Source: Spirochaetota bacterium (GTDB lineage: Bacteria; Spirochaetota; UBA4802; UBA5550). From it: a stretch of 59,417 bases of DNA. Below are positions 10,032-20,922 of this stretch, in pieces (within the stretch, counting starts at the first letter, position 1; every line of letters starts with the position of its first letter). Location of the stretch: positions 29,065 through 88,481 of the forward strand of contig JBNKTL010000018.1 in assembly GCA_050298055.1 (NCBI GenBank). The letters run 5' to 3'. Below the pieces are notes generated by a model. It was not told the DNA's origin, did no database searches, and saw nothing but the letters and a program-made list of their open reading frames with translations. The position numbers and the translations under genes are program-made.

Positions 10032-13000
10032 TTGAAATATAGATATTTGAAAATTAAAAAGTTTTTAAGAAAGTTTATCAAAAAATTAATTAATATTAAC
10101 ATGATAGCGCTATTTAAAAATTTCTATAATGAATCGGGTCTGAGAAACAAAATAATGATCCTGTTTATTATTGTAGCGTCCATCCCCATTGTTTTCGGAT
10201 CAATCTTTACAATAACATATGTTAATACATCAATTATTGAAAGCTCAAAGAGAAGTATTAATGACAAACTGAAAACAGCAATCCTCTTATATGATAAGAA
10301 AAAAAGCGAAATCGAAAAAATCACAAGGTCTGCCGCAGGCGACAACATCATTATTATTAATCTTGAACTGCTCCTTTATCCGCCTATTACAAATCATCTG
10401 AATAATCTTATCAGATCCGGGAACCTCAGTTTTCTCTCAATACTTGATAAGAATGGAAATCTGCTTATAAGCGGAAATAAAAATTATTTTGAAAAACCCA
10501 AAGCACCGGTTGTCAACCCGGAACTCCTTAAAAGGGCGCTTGAGGATAAAATTCTTACCTACTCCGGTTTAATAAGCTCCCGGGAACTCATTACCATTGA
10601 AGGAATTGCATCGGGAAATCCCGCTGATGTCCATTCCATACTCTGCATCTCTCCCATTATATCTTATAACAATGAGCATATTGGCTTTTTACTTGCCGGG
10701 TATCTTTTAAGCAGTACTATCAACAATATGAAAAAGAACACCCTTGTTGAGGAAATCCGTAAAAATGTTCATGCTTCAATCATCATCGCGAATAATGAAA
10801 AACCCCTGGTCTATTCAAGCGGAGACATCAAAGAGATTTCACCCGGTTTTCCTTTCGGCAGTTTCAATGATTATTACAAATTAAATCCGGATAGTTTTTA
10901 TACTATTAATATTAAGAACAACTCCTTTCTCTACAAGTTCAGCAAAGTATCTGAAGACAATGACACAAATCTTTTTTACCTGGGAGTTGGAGTAGAGGAA
11001 GTTAAGTTTTATTCGGTAAGGAACCGGTCCCTGATCTTCTTAAGCCTGATTTCACTTATGGCAGTTTCAATTTCGGTTTTTATGGCTTATCTATTTTCAA
11101 AGAGTGTTACGTCACCCATCCTTTCAATTGTTGAAGGGACACAGCATATTATCCAGGGTGATTTTAATAAATTTATTTCAATTGAGACCCCGGATGAACT
11201 GGGTACCCTGGCAAACTCCTTTAATGTCATGACCCGGAAACTGAGCCGAAGGATCGAGATGGAAAACCTCGCTGCCGATATGTCCAAGCGTTTTATCTCT
11301 CTGCCAATATCCGAGACCATATCTGAAATCAGCAAGGCAGTTAACAAAATAGGGGACCTTGTGGATTCGGACGGGTGTGTGCTCTATATTATCAATGAAA
11401 ACAAAAAGATCTTTGAAAAGACAATCGAATGGAGGAGAAAACCGAAAAACAGCTGTGATCTGCACAATGAAGAAATTTCCTTTGTTGACTTTCCCTGGTT
11501 AAGCAGTCAGCTCCAGAAGCCGGAGATAATTCATGTATCATCAATTGATGAACTGCCGGAAGAAGCGGAGCGTGAGAAAAATTACTGGGATACAATGAAC
11601 CTGAAATCAATAATAATAGTACCCATGTTCCTGGGGGAGGAGATCAAGGGTTTCCTGATCCTGAAATTTATTAATGAAATGGACCATGCTTCCGTAGAGG
11701 ACATGCGTATTATCAGAATATTAACTGAGATAATATCCAACGCCCTGGAGCGGCAAAAAGCGGAAACCGTACTGACAAACGCGCGTAACTACTTTAAAAA
11801 TCTCTTTAACGCCCAGTCATCGATATTAATATCCATAAATCCCCAGGGGAAAGTCATTGAGTGGAACAGCGCCGCCGAACAGTTTACGGGAATCTCCTCG
11901 GACAAAGCAGTCGCGAAAAATATCTGGCAGCTTGTCCCCTTTCTGAAAAACTACAAAAAAAGGATCGCCGTTGTTCTGGAAAGCTGGGAACCACAGAGTA
12001 TTTTAAAAGAAAAGATAAACCACAACGGCAGCAGATACCTCGATATTTCCTTTTTCCCGCTGGCATACAGGAAAAACAGCGATGTTGTTATACGAATAGA
12101 CGACAAAACCGAACTGGAAAAAAAGGACCACCAGCTTTTCCAGGCACAGAAAATGGAAACCGTGGGAACACTGGCAGGAGGACTGGCACACGATTTCAAC
12201 AATATCCTCACGGTGATAATCGGCTCAATTACATTAATCCAGAAACTGCTCAAGAGAGGTGATATCGATTTTGATAAATTAAAAAATTATATTGAAACAA
12301 TAACACAGTCATCATACAGGGCATCAAACCTGGTAAAACAGCTTCTCTCCCTGTCCAGAAAAAATGAACCATCGCTGAAAAAAGTCGACCTGAATGTACT
12401 GATACGGAATATCATAAATATCGCTGAAAATTCTTTTGACAAGAAAGTGGAACTCTCCGTGAACCTGCATGGTGATGCGGCTGTTGTGCTGGCAGATACC
12501 GTACTGATCGAGCAGTCGCTTCTTAACGTCTGTGTAAATGCTGTTCATTCAATGACCATCATGAGGACAAGTGAAGAGATACAGGGAGGGACTCTCTGCA
12601 TAAGTATTGAGAAAATATATGCAGACGAATATTTCTGTGAAATACACCATGACGCTGATATTGACACTGAGTATTATCAAATCCAGATATCGGATACAGG
12701 TGTTGGCATGAGTCCTGAGACACAATTAAAGATCTTCGATCCGTTTTTTACAACAAAAAGTGAAGGAGCAGGCACCGGTCTGGGCCTGGCCATGACTTAT
12801 AACATCTTTAAAGAACATAATGGTTTTATCGATGTGTATTCCGAATTGGGACAGGGAACCAGGTTCAACCTCTACCTCCCCCTGGCCGATGAGGATTACA
12901 TCCCTCATGAAAGCAGCAACCTGCGGGACAAACTTCCCAAAGGGAGCGGCATGGTTCTCGTAATAGATGACGAAAAAAATGTCAGGATTACCGCGGAGAA

Positions 13001-13325
13001 TATCCTGAAAATTTGCGGATATGAAGTCCTCTCTGCTGAAGATGGTTTGAAAGGCATTGAGATTTATGAAAAATTTGAAAATAAAATTGATGCCGTTCTC
13101 CTGGACATGACAATGCCAAAAATCTCGGGAAAAGAAACTCTGGTGAGAATAAAAGAAATCGATTCGGATGTTAAGGTCATTATGACTTCGGGATATATGC
13201 AGGATGATTCATATAACGAGTTAAAAGAGCTGGGAATCAAAGGCTTTATTCAAAAACCGTATAATACGGAAGAACTCTCCAAAATAATTTATAACACCAT
13301 CTATGATAAAGATAATGTTACTTAA
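10032..13325 (+). CDS. Hybrid sensor histidine kinase (2 TM, periplasmic sensor, HAMP, GAF, PAS, HisKA, HATPase, receiver)
   Basis: LAHDFNN H-box, [20 protein letters not shown] and C-terminal REC (VIDDE, LLDMTMP, QKP); true start may be downstream of the TTG. Confidence 0.93.
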   Translation: MKYRYLKIKKFLRKFIKKLININMIALFKNFYNESGLRNKIMILFIIVASIPIVFGSIFTITYVNTSIIESSKRSINDKLKTAILLYDKKKSEIEKITRSAAGDNIIIINLELLLYPPITNHLNNLIRSGNLSFLSILDKNGNLLISGNKNYFEKPKAPVVNPELLKRALEDKILTYSGLISSRELITIEGIASGNPADVHSILCISPIISYNNEHIGFLLAGYLLSSTINNMKKNTLVEEIRKNVHASIIIANNEKPLVYSSGDIKEISPGFPFGSFNDYYKLNPDSFYTINIKNNSFLYKFSKVSEDNDTNLFYLGVGVEEVKFYSVRNRSLIFLSLISLMAVSISVFMAYLFSKSVTSPILSIVEGTQHIIQGDFNKFISIETPDELGTLANSFNVMTRKLSRRIEMENLAADMSKRFISLPISETISEISKAVNKIGDLVDSDGCVLYIINENKKIFEKTIEWRRKPKNSCDLHNEEISFVDFPWLSSQLQKPEIIHVSSIDELPEEAEREKNYWDTMNLKSIIIVPMFLGEEIKGFLILKFINEMDHASVEDMRIIRILTEIISNALERQKAETVLTNARNYFKNLFNAQSSILISINPQGKVIEWNSAAEQFTGISSDKAVAKNIWQLVPFLKNYKKRIAVVLESWEPQSILKEKINHNGSRYLDISFFPLAYRKNSDVVIRIDDKTELEKKDHQLFQAQKMETVGTLAGGLAHDFNNILTVIIGSITLIQKLLKRGDIDFDKLKNYIETITQSSYRASNLVKQLLSLSRKNEPSLKKVDLNVLIRNIINIAENSFDKKVELSVNLHGDAAVVLADTVLIEQSLLNVCVNAVHSMTIMRTSEEIQGGTLCISIEKIYADEYFCEIHHDADIDTEYYQIQISDTGVGMSPETQLKIFDPFFTTKSEGAGTGLGLAMTYNIFKEHNGFIDVYSELGQGTRFNLYLPLADEDYIPHESSNLRDKLPKGSGMVLVIDDEKNVRITAENILKICGYEVLSAEDGLKGIEIYEKFENKIDAVLLDMTMPKISGKETLVRIKEIDSDVKVIMTSGYMQDDSYNELKELGIKGFIQKPYNTEELSKIIYNTIYDKDNVT

Positions 13326-13328
13326 TTT

Positions 13329-13580
13329 GTAACTACTCCGCGGGTGCGAATTCTTTTTCGGGCAAAAAAATTCGCACCCACCTATAGCAGGGACCCTGCG
13401 GGGCTTTTAAGGGGTTTCACCCCTTAGACCCCGCAAAAAGATATCTCGTTAACATGAAATTTAAAATCCGCTCTATTGCTGAATATATCAATAATATGTC
13501 CCCGCCGCCTTCGGCGGCGGGGACATAACAGTTTTCTTTTTATTGAAAATGATTATTCTTACATATAGCTGAATAGTTAC
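13329..13580 (-). mobile_element. MITE copy enlarged by about 110 bp of internal hairpin-rich sequence
   Basis: Ends GTAACTACTC / GCTGAATAGTTAC; perfect core hairpin; exact 7-bp flanking duplication TTAATTT (13322-13328 and 13581-13587). Confidence 0.8.
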
Positions 13581-13671
13581 TTAATTTTAAGAGCGTTCAT
13601 TAAAACAATTGACGGTATCCTGACTCTTGATATATCTTACAACAGAGAATGATAATTGAGGGAGTACTTGT

Positions 13672-16401
13672 ATGAACAGGCGTTTTATCTGGCTGCTGGT
13701 TATTTTTTTTGTGGTATATTTTCTCATCGGTTTTGTTGCTGAATTTTACATCGACTATGAGTGGTTCAGGATAAATGAGGGCTTGAATGTTTTCTGGGTC
13801 CTCTTCCTTACCAAGTTCAATGTTCATGTTCTCTTTTCGTTTATCTTTGCGTTCATCTTTATCCTGAACTTTCTTCTCATAAGGTTCCTTGCGGGAAAGG
13901 GGGGAATCTTCTCCGGTCCCATGCTCCAGAGAATCCAGGCACTGGGCATTAAGGCGCCCAAAAAGGTTATCTACGCACTCCTTGCCCTGGCAGTGATATT
14001 TGTGAGTTTTCTCATGGGGAGCGCTGCTTCCTCTTTCTGGAAAGAGTACCTGATGTACAAGAACGCGGTCCCTTTCGACCCGTCAAAGTTTCCCGTTGAC
14101 CCGATTTTTGGACTGAATATCGGTTTCTATGTCTTTTCACTTCCCTTTTACCAGTTCCTCTACGGCTGGTTTATGTCCGCTCTTTTTGTCATTGGTCTTT
14201 TTACCCTGGGTTTTCATTTTCTGAATGGCGGTTTCAGTATAAGGGGAAACAGGATTGAGATATCCCCATTCACAAGAGCACATCTCTCAACCATAATCGC
14301 ATTGATCGTCTTCCTGAATGGTGTGAGCTACAGGCTTTCGGCCTATGAACTCCTCTTCTCGAAAATCGGCAAATTCTTTGGGGCGGGATATACGGCGGTA
14401 AACGCAAACCTCCTGGCATATAACGTAGCCATGATCATCTCGTTTATTGCGGCAGGTCTGCTTCTTTTCAATATTTTTAAAAAGAGTTTCAAGCTGCCAC
14501 TTCTTGTACTGGCCACGCTTATCCCCGCATACATTGTCCTGGGTACAATCTACCCCAGCCTGCAGCAGAGGTTTGTTGTTGACCCCAACGAGCTGGACAA
14601 AGAGAAACCCTATATCGAGCACAACATCAAGTTTACCCGGCTGGGTTACGATATCGACAGGGTCAAGGAGGTCAAGTTTGCCAACAAGTCAAACCTCACC
14701 TACACCGATATCATTAAAAACAGGAACACCCTCAACAACGTACGACTCTGGGACTACAGACCCCTGAAACAGACATACAAGCAGCTCCAGGAACTTAAAC
14801 CCTACTATTTCTTCAACGATGTTGACGTGGACAGGTATATGATAAATAACCGGAAGATTGCGGTAAACCTCTCTGCCAGGGAACTTTCCATTAACAGGCT
14901 GTCGGGAAGCAGCCAGACCTGGGTCAACAGTCATCTTATCTATACTCACGGATACGGTTTTGTCCTGAGCAGGGTTGACAAGATCACACCTGAGGGACAA
15001 CCGGAGATGCTTATATACGATATTCCTCCCAAAAACAAGATCAACTGGGAGATAAACAGGCCTGAAATATACTACGGAGAGCACAATAACTCCTATGTCA
15101 TAACAAATACAACAATAAAACCGGGAGAATTTGATTACCCATACGGCGATGAAAACAAGTACACCACCTACCAGGGAAAAGGAGGGACCATACTCGATTC
15201 ATTTTTTAAGAGGCTGATGTTTTCCGCCGCCTTCAAAGATATCAATCTCCTGATATCCGGGAACGTAAAGGAGAGCAGCAGAATTCTCTACAGGCGGAAT
15301 ATTATGGATATTGTGAGAACCCTTACGCCCTTTTTGGAGTTTGACAATGATCCCTATCTCTTTATGTCCGACGGAAAGCTCTACTGGATGATCGACGCGT
15401 ATACAACAACCGACCAGTTTCCTTATTCAACCCCCATAACCCTGGGAAGGAGTAAGAGGGTCAACTATATACGAAACTCGGTAAAAATCATTATCGATGC
15501 GTACAGCGGAAAGGCCAACTACTATATCTCCCACGCAAACGACCCGCTCATAAAGACTTATTCGAATATCTTCCCCGGTTTTTTCAAAGAGATGAAAGAA
15601 ATGCCGGAAAATTTCAGGGAACATATAAGGTACCCGGAGGACCTTTTTACAATACAGTCACATCTTCTCCTGAGATACCATATGACAAATTCCAATGTTT
15701 TTTACAACAACGAGGACGCATGGCATATCGCGCGGCAGATATACGAAGGCAGGGAAGAATCGGTAAGGAGCTACTACCTGGTCACCAATCTTCCCGATGA
15801 GAAGAGAGACGAGTTTATTCTCATCATACCCTTCACACCCTATAAGAAAAACAACATGATCGCCTTTCTCACAGCCAAGTGCGATAAGGAAAACTACGGC
15901 GAGCTGATACTCTACTCCCTCCCCAAGGAGAAGCTGAGCTACGGTCCTCTTCAGATAGAGGCGAGGATTGACCAGGACCCGGAAATATCGAAACAGCTTA
16001 CCCTCTGGAGCCAGAAAGGGTCCAGCGTTATCCGGGGAAACATGCTGGTTATTCCCATTGAGGAGTCTCTCATCTTCATTGAACCCCTCTATCTCAAGGC
16101 GGAATCCAGCGAGATGCCGGAGCTGAAGAAGGTCATTGTATCATTTGCGGAGAACGTTGTTATGGAGAACAGCCTGGACGATGCGCTCCAGAAGATATTT
16201 TACGGAAAGGCGCCCCTGACTTTTGATAAGGAGCTCCCCGCCGGCTCATATAATGAACAGATGATCCGGCTCATTGAGAGGGCCAATCTCCATTACAACC
16301 AGGCCGAAAAGAGCATGAAAGCCGGAAACTGGTCACGGTACGGGGACGAGCTGAAAAAACTCAAAGAGACCCTGGTCCAGATGAAAAGAATCAAGAAGTA
16401 A
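13672..16401 (+). CDS. UPF0182-family membrane protein
   Basis: DPIFGLNIGFYVFSLP, NVRLWD, DVDVDRY, YTHGYG, NYIRNSVK, RYPEDLF, VIRGNMLVIP motifs. Confidence 0.93.
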   Translation: MNRRFIWLLVIFFVVYFLIGFVAEFYIDYEWFRINEGLNVFWVLFLTKFNVHVLFSFIFAFIFILNFLLIRFLAGKGGIFSGPMLQRIQALGIKAPKKVIYALLALAVIFVSFLMGSAASSFWKEYLMYKNAVPFDPSKFPVDPIFGLNIGFYVFSLPFYQFLYGWFMSALFVIGLFTLGFHFLNGGFSIRGNRIEISPFTRAHLSTIIALIVFLNGVSYRLSAYELLFSKIGKFFGAGYTAVNANLLAYNVAMIISFIAAGLLLFNIFKKSFKLPLLVLATLIPAYIVLGTIYPSLQQRFVVDPNELDKEKPYIEHNIKFTRLGYDIDRVKEVKFANKSNLTYTDIIKNRNTLNNVRLWDYRPLKQTYKQLQELKPYYFFNDVDVDRYMINNRKIAVNLSARELSINRLSGSSQTWVNSHLIYTHGYGFVLSRVDKITPEGQPEMLIYDIPPKNKINWEINRPEIYYGEHNNSYVITNTTIKPGEFDYPYGDENKYTTYQGKGGTILDSFFKRLMFSAAFKDINLLISGNVKESSRILYRRNIMDIVRTLTPFLEFDNDPYLFMSDGKLYWMIDAYTTTDQFPYSTPITLGRSKRVNYIRNSVKIIIDAYSGKANYYISHANDPLIKTYSNIFPGFFKEMKEMPENFREHIRYPEDLFTIQSHLLLRYHMTNSNVFYNNEDAWHIARQIYEGREESVRSYYLVTNLPDEKRDEFILIIPFTPYKKNNMIAFLTAKCDKENYGELILYSLPKEKLSYGPLQIEARIDQDPEISKQLTLWSQKGSSVIRGNMLVIPIEESLIFIEPLYLKAESSEMPELKKVIVSFAENVVMENSLDDALQKIFYGKAPLTFDKELPAGSYNEQMIRLIERANLHYNQAEKSMKAGNWSRYGDELKKLKETLVQMKRIKK

Positions 16402-16408
16402 GACCCCC

Positions 16409-17956
16409 ATGCAGCTGAAACGTTCAAGCGGAGTCCTTCTCCATATAACCAGCCTGCCGGGCCGGTACGGCATAGGAACTGTTGGCCACGAGGCATTCCG
16501 GTTTGCGGATATGCTGTCCAGGGGCGGGTTCAGCTACTGGCAGATACTCCCTTTCGGGCCGGTATCCGCCGCCCACTGTTACTCCCCTTACGCGTCACCC
16601 TCAACCTTCGCGGGAAACTATCTTCATATCTGTCCCGACAAGCTGAAGAGCGAGGAGTGGTTCGGTGGTAAGGTGAAAAGTCTCACCCTGAAAGACCAGA
16701 GCTTTGTGGAATATGGCAGGGTCGTAAAACACAAAATGGCCCTCCTTGAACACGCTTCCGAAGATTTCTTTGCCAAAGCAAACGCCGGACTTCTTGCCCG
16801 GTTCGAAGAGTTCTGCGGCAACTCATCATTCTGGCTGGATGACTACTCTCTCTTCGCGTCTGTCACGGAACACTTCAAAACAGACAACTGGCTTGAATGG
16901 GATGAGGATATCTCCACCCGGGAACCGGCCGCAATGAAAAGATACAGAGAAAAGTTCCGTGACAGGATAAGCTATCATAAATTCGTACAGTTCATTTTTT
17001 TCAAACAGTGGCATGAACTGAAGGACTACTGCAACCAACTGGGTATCAGCATCATCGGAGATATTCCCATATACGTGGTCATGTCCGGCGCCGATTCCTG
17101 GAACCACAGGGAGATCTTTCAGGTTGAGGCAAAAACCGGTAAACCGGATGCTGTCTCCGGTGTGCCTCCCGACTATTTCAGTGAAACCGGCCAGAGATGG
17201 GGAAACCCCCTCTACAGATGGTTTAACGGGGACGGGATAAACAGAAAGACCCTTGACTGGTGGATTGACAGGATAAGCCACCTGGGTACAATGGTGGACA
17301 TTATCAGGATTGATCACTTCAGGGGATTTGAATCCTACTGGTCCATACCGGCAAAGGAGAAAACCGCCATAAAGGGCAAATGGGTAAAAGGACCCGGCCT
17401 GGATTTTTTCAGGAAATTGAGGGAGGGTACCGGTGAACTCAAGCTGATTGCCGAAGACCTGGGTGTGATAACACCGGAAGTGGAGGAGCTGAGAGACAGC
17501 CTGGGGCTTCCCGGAATGAAAATTCTCCAGTTCGCATTTGACTTTAACAACAGGAACTCCTATCTTCCCCATAATATCGGGAGGAGCAACTTCATACTCT
17601 ACACCGGAACACATGACAACAATACAACCAACGGCTGGTTCTACGGAGATGAGATCGACAGCGCAAAGAGAAAATACATCCTGGAATATCTCGGCACCGA
17701 AAACTTCAGCGATTTTCATATGCAGCTCATAAGGACGGCATACCGGTCAACGGCAGACCTGGTGATCATCCCGGTACAGGACATCCTCGGTTTCGGAGAA
17801 AAGTTCCGGATGAACAGGCCGGGCACGACAGAAGGGAACTGGATCTGGAAACTGAAGCCGGGAGACCTTACGGAAGAACACCTGGAAAAGATGAGGCGCA
17901 TGGGAGAGCTCTACAGGAGGCTCCCGGAAAAATTTGAGAAAAATGAGATCGAATAA
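16409..17956 (+). CDS. malQ: 4-alpha-glucanotransferase (amylomaltase, GH77)
   Basis: GVLLHITSLP, GDIPIYV, GVPPDYFSETGQRWGNP, RIDHFRG, IAEDLG, YTGTHDN. Confidence 0.96.
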   Translation: MQLKRSSGVLLHITSLPGRYGIGTVGHEAFRFADMLSRGGFSYWQILPFGPVSAAHCYSPYASPSTFAGNYLHICPDKLKSEEWFGGKVKSLTLKDQSFVEYGRVVKHKMALLEHASEDFFAKANAGLLARFEEFCGNSSFWLDDYSLFASVTEHFKTDNWLEWDEDISTREPAAMKRYREKFRDRISYHKFVQFIFFKQWHELKDYCNQLGISIIGDIPIYVVMSGADSWNHREIFQVEAKTGKPDAVSGVPPDYFSETGQRWGNPLYRWFNGDGINRKTLDWWIDRISHLGTMVDIIRIDHFRGFESYWSIPAKEKTAIKGKWVKGPGLDFFRKLREGTGELKLIAEDLGVITPEVEELRDSLGLPGMKILQFAFDFNNRNSYLPHNIGRSNFILYTGTHDNNTTNGWFYGDEIDSAKRKYILEYLGTENFSDFHMQLIRTAYRSTADLVIIPVQDILGFGEKFRMNRPGTTEGNWIWKLKPGDLTEEHLEKMRRMGELYRRLPEKFEKNEIE

Positions 17957-17961
17957 GTATT

Positions 17962-19926
17962 ATGAATGTTAAAACCCCTGCATCCATGGCCTTTTTTTTA
18001 GCTGCTGCCGTATTACTGACAATAAAGCTTACGGCCGGGCCTTCCGGCGGAAAGATGATCCTTCTTACGGAGAAGCGGGGGATTATGCTTTTCAATGACG
18101 GAGACTGGGAAAGCTGGAACAGGGGACTGCCGGAGAATTTTACACCGGTCAAACTCTCTTCCGACCCGGACGGAAACTTCTACCTTGTCACACTGAAGTC
18201 CGGGCTTTACACCAGGAAATTCTCTCACAGGGAATGGTATTCCCTGAACTCACCGGAATTTCTTACCCGGAAGAAAACCGGGAAACCGGGAGAATACAGA
18301 AAGATATCGGCCTTTGCCATCAACAATTCACACCCGGAAAATATCGGCCTTGCCACAAAACACGCCCTCTACCTGTCCGGTGACAGGGGAAAAACCTGGA
18401 AGAATATTTCCCTCAGGGGCCTCCACAGGAGAAACTACATTACATCAATCTGTCTCCGGGGAAAGGAAAACCGGATTTACGCGGGAACATCATACAAAGG
18501 GATATTCGTACGAAAGGGGAAGAGGTTTTATAAGCACTCCGCGGGAATTCTTCCGGTGAAGTTCTCTACACAGGTGAACTTCTATGAAGAGATCAATTCA
18601 CTGTCAGCATCAACGGACGGGCACACTCTTGCCGCGGGGATGGCATTTGGCGGCGGTCTCTACCTGAAGAGGAATTCGGGCCGGTGGATCAATATGAATA
18701 TCCCGTTCACAAAAAAGAACAGTTCATTTATCCACCAGGTCCGGGTTGACGAAGAGAGAATTGTGGCGTCAACCGACGAGGGGATCTTTACCTTTGGGAA
18801 GACCGGAAAATCGTGGGAGAGAAAAGACACCGGGATTTACACGAAGAACGTCCCGGAAAATGTTAACCCCCTGGGACTCTACGTTTTAAAACCGGCAGGG
18901 GTGGACAGACCGGTTTTCATACACATCAACTCATACTCGGATCCGGGAAGCACATTGATACCGGCCTCAAAGGACAGGAGGGGAATCTACTCTTCCGCAC
19001 ATTCTCTTTCCCGAAAACTGGAGAGGCTTGTCAGGACAATAAAGAAGAGCGGGCTGAACTCAATTGTCATGGACATGAAGGACGATTTCGGATATCTCTA
19101 TTATCCCAGCGAAGTTCCAACTGCACGGATGGCCGGTGCGGTAAGGAGACCGGTTAATATCAGGAAAATCCTGGACGCGCTTAAAAAGAACGGGATATAC
19201 TCAATCGCACGGATCGTTGCCTTTAAGGACAGGGTGCTCTTCCGGGCATGGGGAAACAGGTACGCCATAATCAACGGGAAGACCGGCAAAGCCTGGAACG
19301 GGACACCCGGGGAATACTGGGTCGATCCCCATTCGGACTTTGTCCAGAAATATAATATCGACATTGCCGTTGAGCTGCAGGAGCTGGGATTCGATGAGAT
19401 ACAGTTCGACTACATCAGGTTTCCCACAGACGGCCCCACCCGCCTCTGCCGGTTCAGGTACAGGGAGAAGAGGGACATATTCAAATCGGAGGTCATTACC
19501 GATTTTTTGACACGGGCAAAGTCGAGGCTCAGAATACCGGTTTCCATCGATATCTACGGTTTTAACGCGTGGTACAACTGCGGGAACTGGATGGGGCAGG
19601 ACATTGAAGAATTTTCACAGATAGTGGATGTTATCTGTCCCATGGACTATCCATCCCACTTCGGGAACAGGTTCATGATGGCCGGGGAAAGGGCCGGCAG
19701 GTCATACAGGATACTTAAGGGGGCAGGCATTCGGGCGAACAGGTACGCGAACAGACGCTCCTCAATAAGGCCGTACCTCCAGGCGTTCAACCTCCTTTCT
19801 CCCACATGGAGCCCCGGCTATATACTTAACCAGGTTAAAGGCGCAACGGAGAGTAACTGCAACGGGTACACATTCTGGAACGCACGGACCGATTACAGGA
19901 TGGTTGAAAGGGCCCTTGCCCGTTAA
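17962..19926 (+). CDS. Secreted putative glycoside hydrolase (DUF4015-like TIM barrel) with N-terminal beta-propeller-like region
   Basis: Signal-like N-terminus, Asp-box-like SGDRGKTW, DMKDDFG, GFDEIQFDYIRFP, PMDYPSHF, RPYLQAF. Confidence 0.8.
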   Translation: MNVKTPASMAFFLAAAVLLTIKLTAGPSGGKMILLTEKRGIMLFNDGDWESWNRGLPENFTPVKLSSDPDGNFYLVTLKSGLYTRKFSHREWYSLNSPEFLTRKKTGKPGEYRKISAFAINNSHPENIGLATKHALYLSGDRGKTWKNISLRGLHRRNYITSICLRGKENRIYAGTSYKGIFVRKGKRFYKHSAGILPVKFSTQVNFYEEINSLSASTDGHTLAAGMAFGGGLYLKRNSGRWINMNIPFTKKNSSFIHQVRVDEERIVASTDEGIFTFGKTGKSWERKDTGIYTKNVPENVNPLGLYVLKPAGVDRPVFIHINSYSDPGSTLIPASKDRRGIYSSAHSLSRKLERLVRTIKKSGLNSIVMDMKDDFGYLYYPSEVPTARMAGAVRRPVNIRKILDALKKNGIYSIARIVAFKDRVLFRAWGNRYAIINGKTGKAWNGTPGEYWVDPHSDFVQKYNIDIAVELQELGFDEIQFDYIRFPTDGPTRLCRFRYREKRDIFKSEVITDFLTRAKSRLRIPVSIDIYGFNAWYNCGNWMGQDIEEFSQIVDVICPMDYPSHFGNRFMMAGERAGRSYRILKGAGIRANRYANRRSSIRPYLQAFNLLSPTWSPGYILNQVKGATESNCNGYTFWNARTDYRMVERALAR

Positions 19927-20056
19927 GATCTCAGGGACGGGATATTCCGGTTATTTTTTCTTCAACAGGAAAATTTTATTTGCATCTATTTGGACTGTTA
20001 ATGTATATTATAAAAATACAACCAGTCATTTATGTTTTATGAATAATAAAAAAAAC

Positions 20057-20194
20057 GTAACTACTCAGCTGTATGGATAAAATATAGTTGTTTTACTCAA
20101 ATATCAACAATGTCCCCGACGCCGAAGGCGGCGGGGACACATCAGTTATCTTTTATTCATTATTATACCTATTCTTATATAGCTGAGTAGTAAC
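20057..20194 (-). mobile_element. ~138-bp MITE copy
   Basis: Ends GTAACTACTCAGCT / AGCTGAGTAGTAAC; core TGTCCCCGACGCCGAAGGCGGCGGGGACA; exact 7-bp flanking duplication AAAAAAC. Confidence 0.85.
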
Positions 20195-20244
20195 AAAAAA
20201 CTTCATGGTGTAATGTATCTGTTCAATGGAGAGGTGAATATACG

Positions 20245-20409
20245 ATGGGTTCAACACTTAATGAAATTAACAGGGTAAGAAATGAGGCAGATGAGTTGAG
20301 ACAGAAATTACCTTCCCGTTCCATGGAAGTAAAGTTCGATCATATTATTGATGCCTATGAAAAAATTATTGAGGAGCTCCTGGTAGAGAGCAACTATACC
20401 GGGAGATAA
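20245..20409 (+). CDS. Small 54-aa helical hypothetical protein (not in ORF track)
   Basis: GGAGAGGTGA RBS 7 nt before ATG; MGSTLNEINRVRNEADELRQKLPSRSMEVKFDHIIDAYEKIIEELLVESNYTGR. Confidence 0.65.
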   Translation: MGSTLNEINRVRNEADELRQKLPSRSMEVKFDHIIDAYEKIIEELLVESNYTGR

Positions 20410-20550
20410 ATTCACACCTTTTTGAGCCACTCCTGAATCTTTCCCATAAAGGGTTCCGGTTTAAAGACCCGGTTGAAGTGATCCATTAACTGGATACCGT
20501 AATCACCAGGGATAATGTGTTCATGACTGATATCAGAGCCTGGCAGCCTG

Positions 20551-20910
20551 TCAGTGGCCGCATTCGTGCTCGTGAGAACTGCAGCCGACTCCGCTGTCCT
20601 CTATGTTGCCTTTAAGCCAGCTCTCGGCAACGTCTTTAACGGGACCGCTGCATCCCCGCAGGACCTCGATACCGTGCATCCCCAGGACATTTACCGCTCC
20701 TTCCCCCATATTCCCTGCAAGCATGACCTCAACACCCATCTGGGAAAGGACTCCTACGATGTTTGATCTGCAGCCGCATCCTGCCAGGGACTCAACCTTC
20801 TCTTCGGACACGATCTTCTTTTCACCATCAATAGTAAACACAGTGAAATATTCGCAGTGACCGAAGTGGTCATCAACCCTGTCATCCTTTGTTGGAACTG
20901 CTATTTTCAT
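20551..20910 (-). CDS. NifB/NifX-family (FeMo-cofactor-binding domain) protein
   Basis: MKIAVP...HFGHCEYF, GNMGEGA, Cys/His-rich tail. Confidence 0.9.
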   Translation of the reverse strand: MKIAVPTKDDRVDDHFGHCEYFTVFTIDGEKKIVSEEKVESLAGCGCRSNIVGVLSQMGVEVMLAGNMGEGAVNVLGMHGIEVLRGCSGPVKDVAESWLKGNIEDSGVGCSSHEHECGH

Positions 20911-20922
20911 ATATTACCTCTT

